Assembly: GCA_027320085.1 (NCBI GenBank)
Contig: DAHVLZ010000019.1
Span: 64,001 to 128,000 of the forward strand
Length of the DNA stretch: 64,000 nt
Direction of reading: 5' to 3'
Origin: Pseudomonadota bacterium
Lineage (GTDB): Bacteria; Pseudomonadota; Gammaproteobacteria; JAKAQQ01
Shown here: piece by piece, positions 30,309 to 38,906 of the stretch
Layout of the letters: the number at the start of each line of letters is the position of its first letter
How positions within the stretch are numbered: position 1 is the first letter of the stretch
Translations under genes and position numbers: made by a program
The notes under the pieces: model-generated
Database searches by the model: none
Told to the model about the DNA's origin: nothing
Seen by the model: the letters and a program-made list of their open reading frames with translations, nothing else

Positions 30309-33170
30309 TTGAGCCCCAAGGTTGAGGGCCCGTCTGTTCCACCGATGGTGCCAGATGCCGGTGGCTGGGTTGTTTTGGGCTGGCCTGCAGGGAGGATTCT
30401 CGGGGTCAGCCAAACCGTTGCCTCTGATTTCCAGGTTCTGAAAGAGGGTGCGGAACCTTCTTCGGATCGTCCCTCCACCGAATCCGGATTGCGCGATTGG
30501 CTGATCCGCGCGGTTCAGGAAAGCCAGAAAACAAACCCCCAACCACAGGATCCCCTCTCATCGCCAAACGGTCGGACCTGGTGGCTGTCAGGACATCCTG
30601 AACCCCTGGTTTTCAAGGGGCTTTCTTCATTTCTACTGAATCTCGTCGATCGGTCGCCCGCGCTCTCCGCACAGGTTCAGGATGGGTTTTCGGAAGAGGA
30701 GAGTCCGGATCGAGAGAATGCTTTCCTCAAGGAGCGCTACGACGTTTTGGTCGAGCACAGCCAGGACGGCGTGTTCCTGGCCCATGAGGGACGGTATCTC
30801 TACGTCAACCAGACCTATGCCAATATGCTGGGTTATTCCCGTGAGGAGATGGAAGGCTCTTCGTTCCTGCGTTTCATCGCCCCGGAGGAGCATGTTCGCA
30901 TGCTCGAGATCTGGCGGGAGCGGGAAGCCGGCCGCTGGGAAAAGTCCACCTATGAAATGTTTCTGCTCAAAAAGGACGGAAAGACCCGGGTTCTGGCGTC
31001 AGTCCGGTCCGGCCCCATTTTTTTCAATGGCAAGCTCTCGAGTACCGGGACCATCCGGGACATCACGGCGGAGCGGAGTGCCGCGCGGGCCTTGCGGAAG
31101 ATCGAGAGAGACTACCAGGCGATTTTCGAGAACTCGCTGATCGGAATCTATCAGAGCCTGCCCGAAGGTCGATTCCGGACGGCTAACGAGTCACTGGCGC
31201 GCATGCTGGGTTACGGAAGCGCCCATCAGCTCGTGGAGCAGGTCCAGAACATCGCCAATCTCTTTGTGGATCCGGCCGACCGCTTGCGGCTCAATCAACG
31301 GCTGGATAGTGATGACCATGTGACCGGATACGAACTGCGGTTGCGTCGGCGGGACGGAACACTGCTTTTCGCGGAAGCCAGCTCCCGTTCCATCCGGCGC
31401 AAGGATGGAAGCTTGGCCTATTACGAAGGCTCGCTCGTGGATGTGACCGAACGGAAACGGGCGGAAGCGGCCTTGATGCGATCGGAAATGCGGTATCGGA
31501 CACTCGTCGAGAACAGCCATGTCGGCGTCTTCATCCTGGAAAAGAATCGCTTCGTATACGTCAATGAATCGTTTGCCCATATGCTCGGATGGGAATCGGA
31601 ACAATTGGTGGGTCAGTCGTTCCGGGACTTGGTGCTGCCGAAGCTGCAGTCCGTGTGCGACGAATGTCTGGGCCGCCTGGCCCGTGCAGAATCCACCGTC
31701 GAATCGCGCGAATGGTCCTTGGTCCACCGGGATCCGGCAGTGGTTCCGACGGCGCTGGTCAGCATGCAGAGTCTCGTGACCGATCTGGGCACGATTCTCA
31801 TGGGCACTTCCGTCGATATTACCGAGCGCAAACGGATCGAGGCGCGCCTGATCCATCAAGCCGGACACGATCCCCTGACCGGTTTGCCTAACCGCGTTCT
31901 TTTCAGTGAACAACTCGATCAAGCAATCCGGGGATTCGAGCCCGATCAGCGTCCCTATGCGGTCCTCTTGTTTGAAGTCGATACGTATCAACTGGTCAAT
32001 GACAGTCTGGGCTACGTCGCCGGCGACGAGTTGCTCATCCGGGTCGCGCATCGACTGGAGCAAACCACAGGAACCCGGGCCTTTGTCTCTCGTCTCGAGG
32101 GCAGCGAGTTTGCTTTGCTGCTTTCCGTGCAGACCGTGGCCCAGGTCCGGGCCATGGTCGAGCAGATTCGCCAGAGTTTTTCCAAGCCCTTTACCGTCCT
32201 GGAACGGGAGATTTTCACCCAGGTCCACATGGGGATCGTTTGGGGGGAGTCCAGCTACCAAGACAGCAATGCGGTTCTCCGGGACGCCGATACGGCGCTA
32301 TCCGTCGCCCGCCTCCACAGTGATACCGGCTACGCTCTTTTTGACCGCCGCATGCGGCAAGAGGTTGTTCGGCGACTCAACCTTGAATCCGAGCTCAGGG
32401 CGGCCTTGATCCGGCAGGAGTTTCGTGTGCTTTACCAGCCGGTTGTTGAGCTGGACACGGGCCGGATGGTGGGGGTCGAGGCGCTTTTACGCTGGCAACG
32501 TCGCCCGAGCGAGCAGGTTTCGCCCCAGGTGTTCCTGTCCATCGCCGAAGAGATCGGCCTGATCATCCCGATTGGCATCCACTGCCTGCAGCAAATCTGC
32601 GAGACGGTTGTACGCTGGAAGCACGAATACTCCTCAGCCGCCGAGTTGGTGGTTAATTTCAATCTGTCCCATCGCCAGTTTGTCGACCCCCTGTTCTGGG
32701 ATCTCATGAGCAGCGTGCTCAGTGAGAGTCGCTTTCCGCCGAAGTATTTTCAGGTTGAAATCACGGAAAACGTTCTTCTGGGACAGGATCGTGGACTTTG
32801 GTTGCAGCTTGAGAAACTGTTGGGGATGGGGGCGAAGCTGGCCCTGGATGACTTTGGAACCGGATATTCCTCCCTCAGCTACCTCCACGATCTGCCATTG
32901 AGCAGCCTCAAGATTGACCGCTCATTTACCCTTGATCTTGAAGACAATCCACGACACCAAACAATCGTCCAAGCGATTTTGCGTCTTGCCAACGATCTTA
33001 ACTTCAAAGCGATTGTGGAAGGGATTGAAGAGGTGGGACAGCTCCGGGCCCTGCAGAAGGCCGGAGCGCGTTTTGGTCAGGGATATTACTTCGCTCCGGC
33101 CTTGACTGTGTCCGAACTGGAGGCTGGTCTTGCGGAAGGGGCCTGCTTTCCCCGCCCAGTGCTGCACTAA
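30309..33170 (+). CDS. PAS x3 - GGDEF (degenerate) - EAL c-di-GMP phosphodiesterase
   Basis: Three PAS/PAC units ending DITAER, DVTERK and DITERK; HDPLTGLPNR; EGSEF; VEALLRW; DDFGTGYSSL; EGIE. Start uncertain. Confidence 0.92.
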   Translation: MSPKVEGPSVPPMVPDAGGWVVLGWPAGRILGVSQTVASDFQVLKEGAEPSSDRPSTESGLRDWLIRAVQESQKTNPQPQDPLSSPNGRTWWLSGHPEPLVFKGLSSFLLNLVDRSPALSAQVQDGFSEEESPDRENAFLKERYDVLVEHSQDGVFLAHEGRYLYVNQTYANMLGYSREEMEGSSFLRFIAPEEHVRMLEIWREREAGRWEKSTYEMFLLKKDGKTRVLASVRSGPIFFNGKLSSTGTIRDITAERSAARALRKIERDYQAIFENSLIGIYQSLPEGRFRTANESLARMLGYGSAHQLVEQVQNIANLFVDPADRLRLNQRLDSDDHVTGYELRLRRRDGTLLFAEASSRSIRRKDGSLAYYEGSLVDVTERKRAEAALMRSEMRYRTLVENSHVGVFILEKNRFVYVNESFAHMLGWESEQLVGQSFRDLVLPKLQSVCDECLGRLARAESTVESREWSLVHRDPAVVPTALVSMQSLVTDLGTILMGTSVDITERKRIEARLIHQAGHDPLTGLPNRVLFSEQLDQAIRGFEPDQRPYAVLLFEVDTYQLVNDSLGYVAGDELLIRVAHRLEQTTGTRAFVSRLEGSEFALLLSVQTVAQVRAMVEQIRQSFSKPFTVLEREIFTQVHMGIVWGESSYQDSNAVLRDADTALSVARLHSDTGYALFDRRMRQEVVRRLNLESELRAALIRQEFRVLYQPVVELDTGRMVGVEALLRWQRRPSEQVSPQVFLSIAEEIGLIIPIGIHCLQQICETVVRWKHEYSSAAELVVNFNLSHRQFVDPLFWDLMSSVLSESRFPPKYFQVEITENVLLGQDRGLWLQLEKLLGMGAKLALDDFGTGYSSLSYLHDLPLSSLKIDRSFTLDLEDNPRHQTIVQAILRLANDLNFKAIVEGIEEVGQLRALQKAGARFGQGYYFAPALTVSELEAGLAEGACFPRPVLH

Positions 33171-33194
33171 GCACTGGGCGGTCCGAGCAGCTAG

Positions 33195-34061
33195 TTAGCT
33201 TTGATGTGGAATGTGCCCACCACCGTGCCCGCCTGCTCCCCGCATGGGCCCGCCCCGGAACCGTCCTCCGGGCCCGCCCCGGAACTGGCCGGGTCCGCCC
33301 CGGAACTGGCCGGGTCCGCCACGGAACTGGCCGGGTCCACCACGGAACTGACCGGGTCCACCCCGCATGGGTGGCCGGCCTGGAGCCATGGGTTGGAAAG
33401 GGCCGTGCCGGAGGGGGCCGTAAAAATGGGGATGGGGAGGGTAACCTCCACCCTGGCGTGCGCGATACTGGTTGAACCTCTGCCGGATATTGGGGTGACT
33501 CGCGATGAAGCTACGGCGGTAGTTGGGATGAGCCGGCGCAAAAATGGGGTGCATGCGGGGGCCGCCGCGATGTTCCCAGAAATCGGGGTGATTGCGGAAG
33601 CGGGGAACGGCACGCTGACGCCAGTCATCGAAGTGATCGAGGTAGGGGTGATAGCGACCCCACCAGTAGGGGTGATGCATTTCGTACCAGGGTCCGACAT
33701 AGCCCCGCCACCACATGAAGTACGGACGGTAGGCGATGACAGGTGGGGGTGGTCCATAGAGCAGGACCTGAGGCAGGACAAACCAAGGTGGTAAGGGAGC
33801 CCAGGGGCCATAGTAGACCGGGGCATAGAGCCAACCCCCTTGATACCAGCGATAGTAGTAGCCGTTACCGTAATAGGTATAGGTTGCAAAACTTGGCATC
33901 CAGAAAACGTTGACCCCGCCGAAAAGCGAGAAGGCGAATGTCGGTGCACCTATAAAAACACCGAACTGCGCACGGGCAGGCCGAACCGGAACTAGGAGAA
34001 AAAGAGCCAATATCCCGGCCATCAGGAGGGTCTGATGGTTTTTCTTTCGTGGATTCAACAT
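33195..34061 (-). CDS. Exported Tyr/Trp/Pro-rich protein with a low-complexity RGG-type tail
   Basis: GAGGAG RBS; signal peptide PARA-Q; aromatic-rich core; (GGPGQFR)x4. Confidence 0.75.
   Translation of the reverse strand: MLNPRKKNHQTLLMAGILALFLLVPVRPARAQFGVFIGAPTFAFSLFGGVNVFWMPSFATYTYYGNGYYYRWYQGGWLYAPVYYGPWAPLPPWFVLPQVLLYGPPPPVIAYRPYFMWWRGYVGPWYEMHHPYWWGRYHPYLDHFDDWRQRAVPRFRNHPDFWEHRGGPRMHPIFAPAHPNYRRSFIASHPNIRQRFNQYRARQGGGYPPHPHFYGPLRHGPFQPMAPGRPPMRGGPGQFRGGPGQFRGGPGQFRGGPGQFRGGPGGRFRGGPMRGAGGHGGGHIPHQS
33279..33362. repeat. 21-bp coding tandem repeat, about 4 copies plus a degenerate fifth
   Basis: (c/a)cggaactg(g/a)ccgggtcc(g/a)cc units encoding GGPGQFR on the minus strand. Confidence 0.9.
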
Positions 34062-34264
34062 GGTAGTCTCCTCTGCCGGGTTCCCCGGCGTTGCCAGGTC
34101 ACGGATCCCTCCGCCTGCCACTCGAAAAGAGGGTGGGACACCCCATCCACTGTATCAAACGCTGTCTGCCCGGGTTGGTTGACCCCTAGGGGTTTTTTAC
34201 AGTGGTTTAGTGTATGATGCCACGGGTCTTAGTCTGATTTGGAGCTTCGGCTCAGGAGTTTGCG

Positions 34265-34609
34265 TTGAACAATAAGCTTTATGTTGGTAACCTGAACTAC
34301 CGGACCAATAGCGCGGAGCTTGAACAGCTCTTTGCTGCCTATGGTTCGGTGCGTTCCGTACAGATCATATCGGATCGACATACCGGTCAGTCCAAAGGGT
34401 TTGGTTTCGTGGAAATGGGCAGTGCTCAGGAAGCCCAGGCAGCCATGAACGCTCTCAATGGAAAGGATTTCAATGGCCGGAATCTCACCGTGAATGAAGC
34501 CCGCCCGCAGACGGAAAATGGAAACCGTGGCGGCGCCTCCCGGGGCCCGGGTCGGCGCAGTGGCGGCTTTGGGGGCAGCCCCTCGTCTGGAGGACACGGT
34601 CACTTCTAA
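34265..34609 (+). CDS. RRM RNA-binding protein with Gly/Arg-rich tail
   Basis: AGGAG RBS and TTG start; RNP2 LYVGNL, RNP1 KGFGFVEM, LTVNEARP. Confidence 0.95.
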   Translation: MNNKLYVGNLNYRTNSAELEQLFAAYGSVRSVQIISDRHTGQSKGFGFVEMGSAQEAQAAMNALNGKDFNGRNLTVNEARPQTENGNRGGASRGPGRRSGGFGGSPSSGGHGHF

Positions 34610-34776
34610 ATCGATTTGCCCCCGTCCTGCTCGATCCCTCTCCCTCTTTCCCGGAAGTTCAGATCGCAAGCCTTGACCCTTCACATCGTGAAGGGCGGTA
34701 GTCTTGTGTTTTCATCCGGCGATGAGAAGATGGCTGGATGGCCACCGAAGGGGTCAAATAGGATGGGACTGGATAG

Positions 34777-34802
34777 GCCAAGGTTCCAGATGGAACCTTG
34801 GC
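34777..34802. promoter_or_regulatory. Perfect 12-bp inverted repeat (operator-like or hairpin)
   Basis: gccaaggttcca-ga-tggaaccttggc; function is inferred. Confidence 0.5.
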
Positions 34803-35020
34803 TGCCCAGAGCTTCCGATCTTTACTCCACTTGGGCTCGTCGTCGAGAGGTCGCAGTGAGATGCCGCCATACGAACGTTCCCCAGCATGCCTACAATGGG
34901 CACGAGAAGTTTGACCTCATCCTGCGGCATGAGTCCGGGACTCGTGCGCGGGGTGCCTACATGCGGGACCCGGTGTATGAACAGTCTGCCGCGCAGGATC
35001 CTGGGGCGTGAGAGGGACTG

Positions 35021-36940
35021 ATGGCCACTCGACCCACGGCCCGACGCACCCCTGTCCGACTGCTTCTGGTCAATCCCCGCTTCCCGGAAAGTTTCTGGAG
35101 TTTCCGGTGGGCGTTGGAGCGGATCTTGCCGGGCAAGCGGGCGGTCAATCCGCCTCTGGGTTTGGCCACGGTAGCCGCCCTGTGCCCCCCTGACTGGTCG
35201 GTCCGGATTGTCGACGAAAACATCGAATCGATCCCGTTGGAGCCCGATGTGGATATCATCGGGGTTTGCGGGATGGGCGTCCAGTTCAAGCGGGAAAGCG
35301 AGATCCTGAAGTACTACCGGAGTCGCGGCTATTATGTCGTGGCGGGTGGCAGTTATGCGTCCCTCTGTCCGGAATCCTTCGGGGAGCTGGCACACACCGT
35401 CATTTCGGGCGAGGCTGAATATGTCTGGGGACGGTTTTGCGAGGACTTCCAGGCGGGGCAACCCCAGTCGCTGTACCGGGAAACCGGAACCGTGGACCTC
35501 GCCGATTCACCGCCCCCCCGTTTTGACCTGCTGAAACTTGAACAGTACACGACTGTCAGCTTACAGTTTTCCCGCGGGTGTCCGTATCGGTGCGAGTTCT
35601 GCGACATCATTGTCATGTTCGGTCGCCGACCGCGCACCAAACGGCCGGAACAGATCGGAATGGAACTGGATCTCCTGCGGGAGCGAGACGTTCACAACGT
35701 CTTTTTTGTTGATGACAACCTGATCGGTAACAAGAAGGCGGCGCGCGAGCTCTTGATCTACCTTGCCCAGTACCAGCGAAAACATGACTATGTCTTTCGT
35801 TTCGGCACCGAGGCCTCTCTCAATCTCGCCCTGGATGACGAGTTGATGGAACTGTTTCGCGCGGCCAACTTTAGCTGGGTTTTTCTGGGGATCGAGACCC
35901 CGGATCCGGACAGCCTGCAGGAGGTCCAGAAGACCCAGAACCTGGCTCAGGACGTGCTGACGGCCGTGCGGAAGATTTATGACCACGGGCTTGATGTCTT
36001 TGCTGGATTTATCGTGGGCTTCGACCATGATCGTGTGGAGACGTTCGACCGCCAGTACCGCTTTATCCTGGATTCCGGAATTCAGGCTTCGATGATCGGG
36101 TTGCTGACCGCGATGCCCAAGACTCCGCTCTACGAGCGGTTGACCCGGGAGGGTCGATTGGTGCCCACGCTCGAGCTGGCCGACAACACCAAGCCTGTGA
36201 CGAACGTGGTTCCGCTGCACATGAGTGTGGCTGATCTGGTCCGGGAGTATCAGTCGCTCTACCAGCGACTGTTCTGCGATGCCAATATCGCCAAACGCAT
36301 CCGCAACAAGTTCCGGTATCTGGCACACCGGGTTCCGCGTCACCAGGTTCCATCCGAGCGTAACGGAACGATTCTGCGCCGGCTGTTCTATTCCGGCCTG
36401 TTGCCGGGCGGGCCGGTTCGGGTCTACCGCTTCGTTTCGACGCTGGTGGTGACTCCGTGGCGGGCCTGGCCTCTGGTTGTCACGGACTGGATTCAGGGCC
36501 TTTCCATCCGTTCCTACATTCACCGGCATCTCGACCCTGACTTGGCGCAAGCACAACGCGTGGTGGAGACGACACGAAAACGGTTGAGCAGGTACCTGCA
36601 CCCGCGGTCCTCAACCCCTTCCCTCCGGGTGGCCCTGTCCATGAATGGCACAATCCCCTGCCTGCAGCTGTGGTTGGAGGGGACGGTGGATCGGGCTTTT
36701 TTCCGGTATGCAGCACGTCGGCTCTGCGGCATGCTGAACCAGAGTGCGGCGGCGCTTTTCCTGCATGTGGCGGATCTGCGCGAGGATCAACACCGGTTGT
36801 TTGACCGGTTTCTGGACCGTTTGTCTCCCTATGGAGACCGGGTCTCGATTTTCATCAACCAGAAGATCCGGACGCAGATGATGGTCGACTCGTCTGTTTT
36901 CCATCTCCTGCTCGAAGATCCGACCGCCAGCGCATCGTGA
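35021..36940 (+). CDS. B12-binding radical SAM protein (DUF4070-type)
   Basis: PPLGLATVAAL, GGSYAS, GEAE, RGCPYRCEFC, FVDDN, GFIVGFD. Confidence 0.92.
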   Translation: MATRPTARRTPVRLLLVNPRFPESFWSFRWALERILPGKRAVNPPLGLATVAALCPPDWSVRIVDENIESIPLEPDVDIIGVCGMGVQFKRESEILKYYRSRGYYVVAGGSYASLCPESFGELAHTVISGEAEYVWGRFCEDFQAGQPQSLYRETGTVDLADSPPPRFDLLKLEQYTTVSLQFSRGCPYRCEFCDIIVMFGRRPRTKRPEQIGMELDLLRERDVHNVFFVDDNLIGNKKAARELLIYLAQYQRKHDYVFRFGTEASLNLALDDELMELFRAANFSWVFLGIETPDPDSLQEVQKTQNLAQDVLTAVRKIYDHGLDVFAGFIVGFDHDRVETFDRQYRFILDSGIQASMIGLLTAMPKTPLYERLTREGRLVPTLELADNTKPVTNVVPLHMSVADLVREYQSLYQRLFCDANIAKRIRNKFRYLAHRVPRHQVPSERNGTILRRLFYSGLLPGGPVRVYRFVSTLVVTPWRAWPLVVTDWIQGLSIRSYIHRHLDPDLAQAQRVVETTRKRLSRYLHPRSSTPSLRVALSMNGTIPCLQLWLEGTVDRAFFRYAARRLCGMLNQSAAALFLHVADLREDQHRLFDRFLDRLSPYGDRVSIFINQKIRTQMMVDSSVFHLLLEDPTASAS

Positions 36941-37088
36941 GATCCTAAGGTCGGAACCCTCTCCGAGTGTGCGGAGGGGATCCGGGGCAGTGGATCCCCG
37001 GGCGAGAGACGGGGGTATCATGACTGGTGGGGGAAGCCGCTCGATGCCCGTTTGCGGGCGGGTCCCGGATGAAGGGGGAGGAGGGGCG

Positions 37089-37469
37089 ATGGATCAGTGC
37101 GCACGAGAATCAAAGCCGGATCTTTTGAATGACCGGAAGGCGACCTTCAGCTTGTGGGTTGTCCCTGTGCTCATCATTCTGATCGGCAGCAGCCTGCCCC
37201 GGCCTCTCCATACGGCACTCTGGGCACTCGGTTTTTCGGTCCTGGCGGCGGCCTGTGCGGTCAATGCCCGCCGTTGCGGTCGGCGACATTGTTTTTATAC
37301 GGCACCGTTGTTCTTGGTTCTGGCTTTGGGTTCCCTGCTCTTCGGAATGGGCCTGCTCCCTCTGGGTCCTCACGGTTGGGGTGACCTCGTGGGGGTGGCC
37401 GTAGGCGGCTGGCTTTTGTCATGTTGCGTCATCGAACCCTGGAAGGGCCGTTACCTCCGGACCAAGTGA
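37089..37469 (+). CDS. Cys-rich four-TM membrane protein of unknown function
   Basis: GGAGG RBS; hydrophobic segments; CAVNARRCGRRHC and CC motifs. Confidence 0.7.
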   Translation: MDQCARESKPDLLNDRKATFSLWVVPVLIILIGSSLPRPLHTALWALGFSVLAAACAVNARRCGRRHCFYTAPLFLVLALGSLLFGMGLLPLGPHGWGDLVGVAVGGWLLSCCVIEPWKGRYLRTK

Positions 37470-37500
37470 TCCTGGTCCCTGAACCGGGTTCTCGCCTCAG

Positions 37501-37605
37501 TCACTCAACGGCTCAGAGGATCTGCGGTTCCGGTTTGAGGTCGAGCCCGAAATTTGAACGGACGGATTCTTGGATCCGTTGGGCGAGTGACCAGATCTGG
37601 GCGCC
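37501..37605. repeat. 105-bp exact direct repeat, copy 1 (murB 3' end)
   Basis: Identical to 38802-38906. Confidence 0.95.
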
Positions 37606-37783
37606 CGGGGTCGAACCATAAATTGATGAGAACCAGGTTCAGGATTGGGAGATCCCGGATCCCCGGGATCTGGCTTGGGTTCCCGGATTCGGCGAGCCGA
37701 GCGGCACGAGCCGGCACGCGAAAGGTGTGATGACGGTCGAGTGGGGCATCCGGCCAGAGCGTGGGGTTCGAAGATCGGGACAC
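37513..37783 (-). pseudogene. murB: Internally deleted, frameshifted murB relic
   Basis: About 45 N-terminal codons (VSRSSNPTLWPDAPLDRHHTFRVPARA) fused to the C-terminal part (LVLIN/YGSTPGAQIW...PEPQIL) of murB, with a +1 frameshift. Confidence 0.85.
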
Positions 37784-37850
37784 TGTTGGGACGTTCTCTG
37801 GACAGCCTGAGCTGATTTCCGGTTCGGTCCGCCAGATGTAGAGCTGCAGT

Positions 37851-37897
37851 TGGGGGCGATTGGGGCGTCGAATCACTGAGCCTGCCATGCGGGAGGC
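37851..37897 (-). pseudogene. Degenerate 3' half of tRNA-Val (old att relic)
   Basis: tgg-gggcgattggggcgtcgaatcactga-gcctgccatg aligns with 39910-39958; lies 68 bp from the relic murB start, the same spacing as the intact junction. Confidence 0.65.
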
Positions 37898-38073
37898 AGG
37901 AAACACCAAAAGTACCCCAAGTTTTATAGGGACCTGAGCTGCACGAAAGGGCCCGGTCAGCGACCCGCTTGCACCGGATTTGTACCGGTCATCACCAGCC
38001 AGATGTCTCAAGGGACATGGTCAGGGACATGGTCAGGATTGATGTTTCGTAATCATTCGATTACAATGCAGCG

Positions 38074-38373
38074 ATGACCTACTCGGTGAAGCTGCTCGGT
38101 GAGTTTTCTGACTGGCTTGCAGGCTTGAAGGACGGACTGACAAGACAACGCCTCGTCAAGCGTCTTCGTAAAGCGCAACTGGGCAACCTTGGCGATGTGG
38201 AGCCGGTAGGAGGAGGTGTATTTGAAATGCGCGAGCATTTTGGACCTGGATGGCGTATGTATTATGTTCAGCGCAGTAGAACGCTGATTGTCATGCTGGC
38301 AGGTGGCGACAAGACTACGCAACAGTCGGACATTGAGCGGGCCATTGCGTTTGCAAAGTCGCTGGAGGATTGA
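38074..38373 (+). CDS. RelE/HigB-like type II toxin (addiction module killer type)
   Basis: GNLGDVEPVGGGVFEMREHFGPGWRMYY, LAGGDK..Q..DI. Confidence 0.92.
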   Translation: MTYSVKLLGEFSDWLAGLKDGLTRQRLVKRLRKAQLGNLGDVEPVGGGVFEMREHFGPGWRMYYVQRSRTLIVMLAGGDKTTQQSDIERAIAFAKSLED

Positions 38374-38375
38374 TC

Positions 38376-38690
38376 ATGGTTCATAAAGTCAAAGTCTCTG
38401 AGCTTTCAGAACTCGACGTATCTGAGTACCTGGATAGCGGGGAAGATATCGCCGCCTATTTGACCGCTGTTCTGGAAGAAAACGATCCGGCGCTGCTAGC
38501 TGCAGCCTTGGGCGACATTGCCCGCGCCCGAGGAATGACTCAGGTGGCCAAGGACGCTGGCATCACTCGCGAAGCCTTGTATAAGGCACTTCGACAAAAC
38601 AGCGAACCGAGATTTGAAACGATCCAACGGGTTTGTACCGCTTTGGGTGTGCAACTGGTAGCACAATCCATGCACTTGCGTCATGCTTGA
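38376..38690 (+). CDS. HTH antitoxin (addiction module antidote type)
   Basis: DVSEYL...ALGDIARARGMTQVAKDAGITREALYKAL; follows the toxin. Confidence 0.92.
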   Translation: MVHKVKVSELSELDVSEYLDSGEDIAAYLTAVLEENDPALLAAALGDIARARGMTQVAKDAGITREALYKALRQNSEPRFETIQRVCTALGVQLVAQSMHLRHA

Positions 38691-38801
38691 TGCGCACAAC
38701 AGGCGACCAATCCACCCGCGTGAAATTTTATGCGAGGGGTGTCCGGATTCCGGAGGAACGCTGTGCCTCTGGTGCAAGGTTGATGCAGATTCTTGTGCCA
38801 T

Positions 38802-38906
38802 TCACTCAACGGCTCAGAGGATCTGCGGTTCCGGTTTGAGGTCGAGCCCGAAATTTGAACGGACGGATTCTTGGATCCGTTGGGCGAGTGACCAGATCTG
38901 GGCGCC
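38802..38906. repeat. 105-bp exact direct repeat, copy 2
   Basis: Identical to 37501-37605; covers the murB 3' end and stop codon. Confidence 0.95.

Noticed and set aside
33279-33362. Tandem repeats as a possible CRISPR array
   Set aside because: Contiguous 21-bp in-frame coding repeats with no spacers; no cas genes in the window
34616-35011. 131-aa ORF between the RRM and radical SAM genes
   Set aside because: No recognisable motif or RBS, and it overlaps structured DNA; not supported
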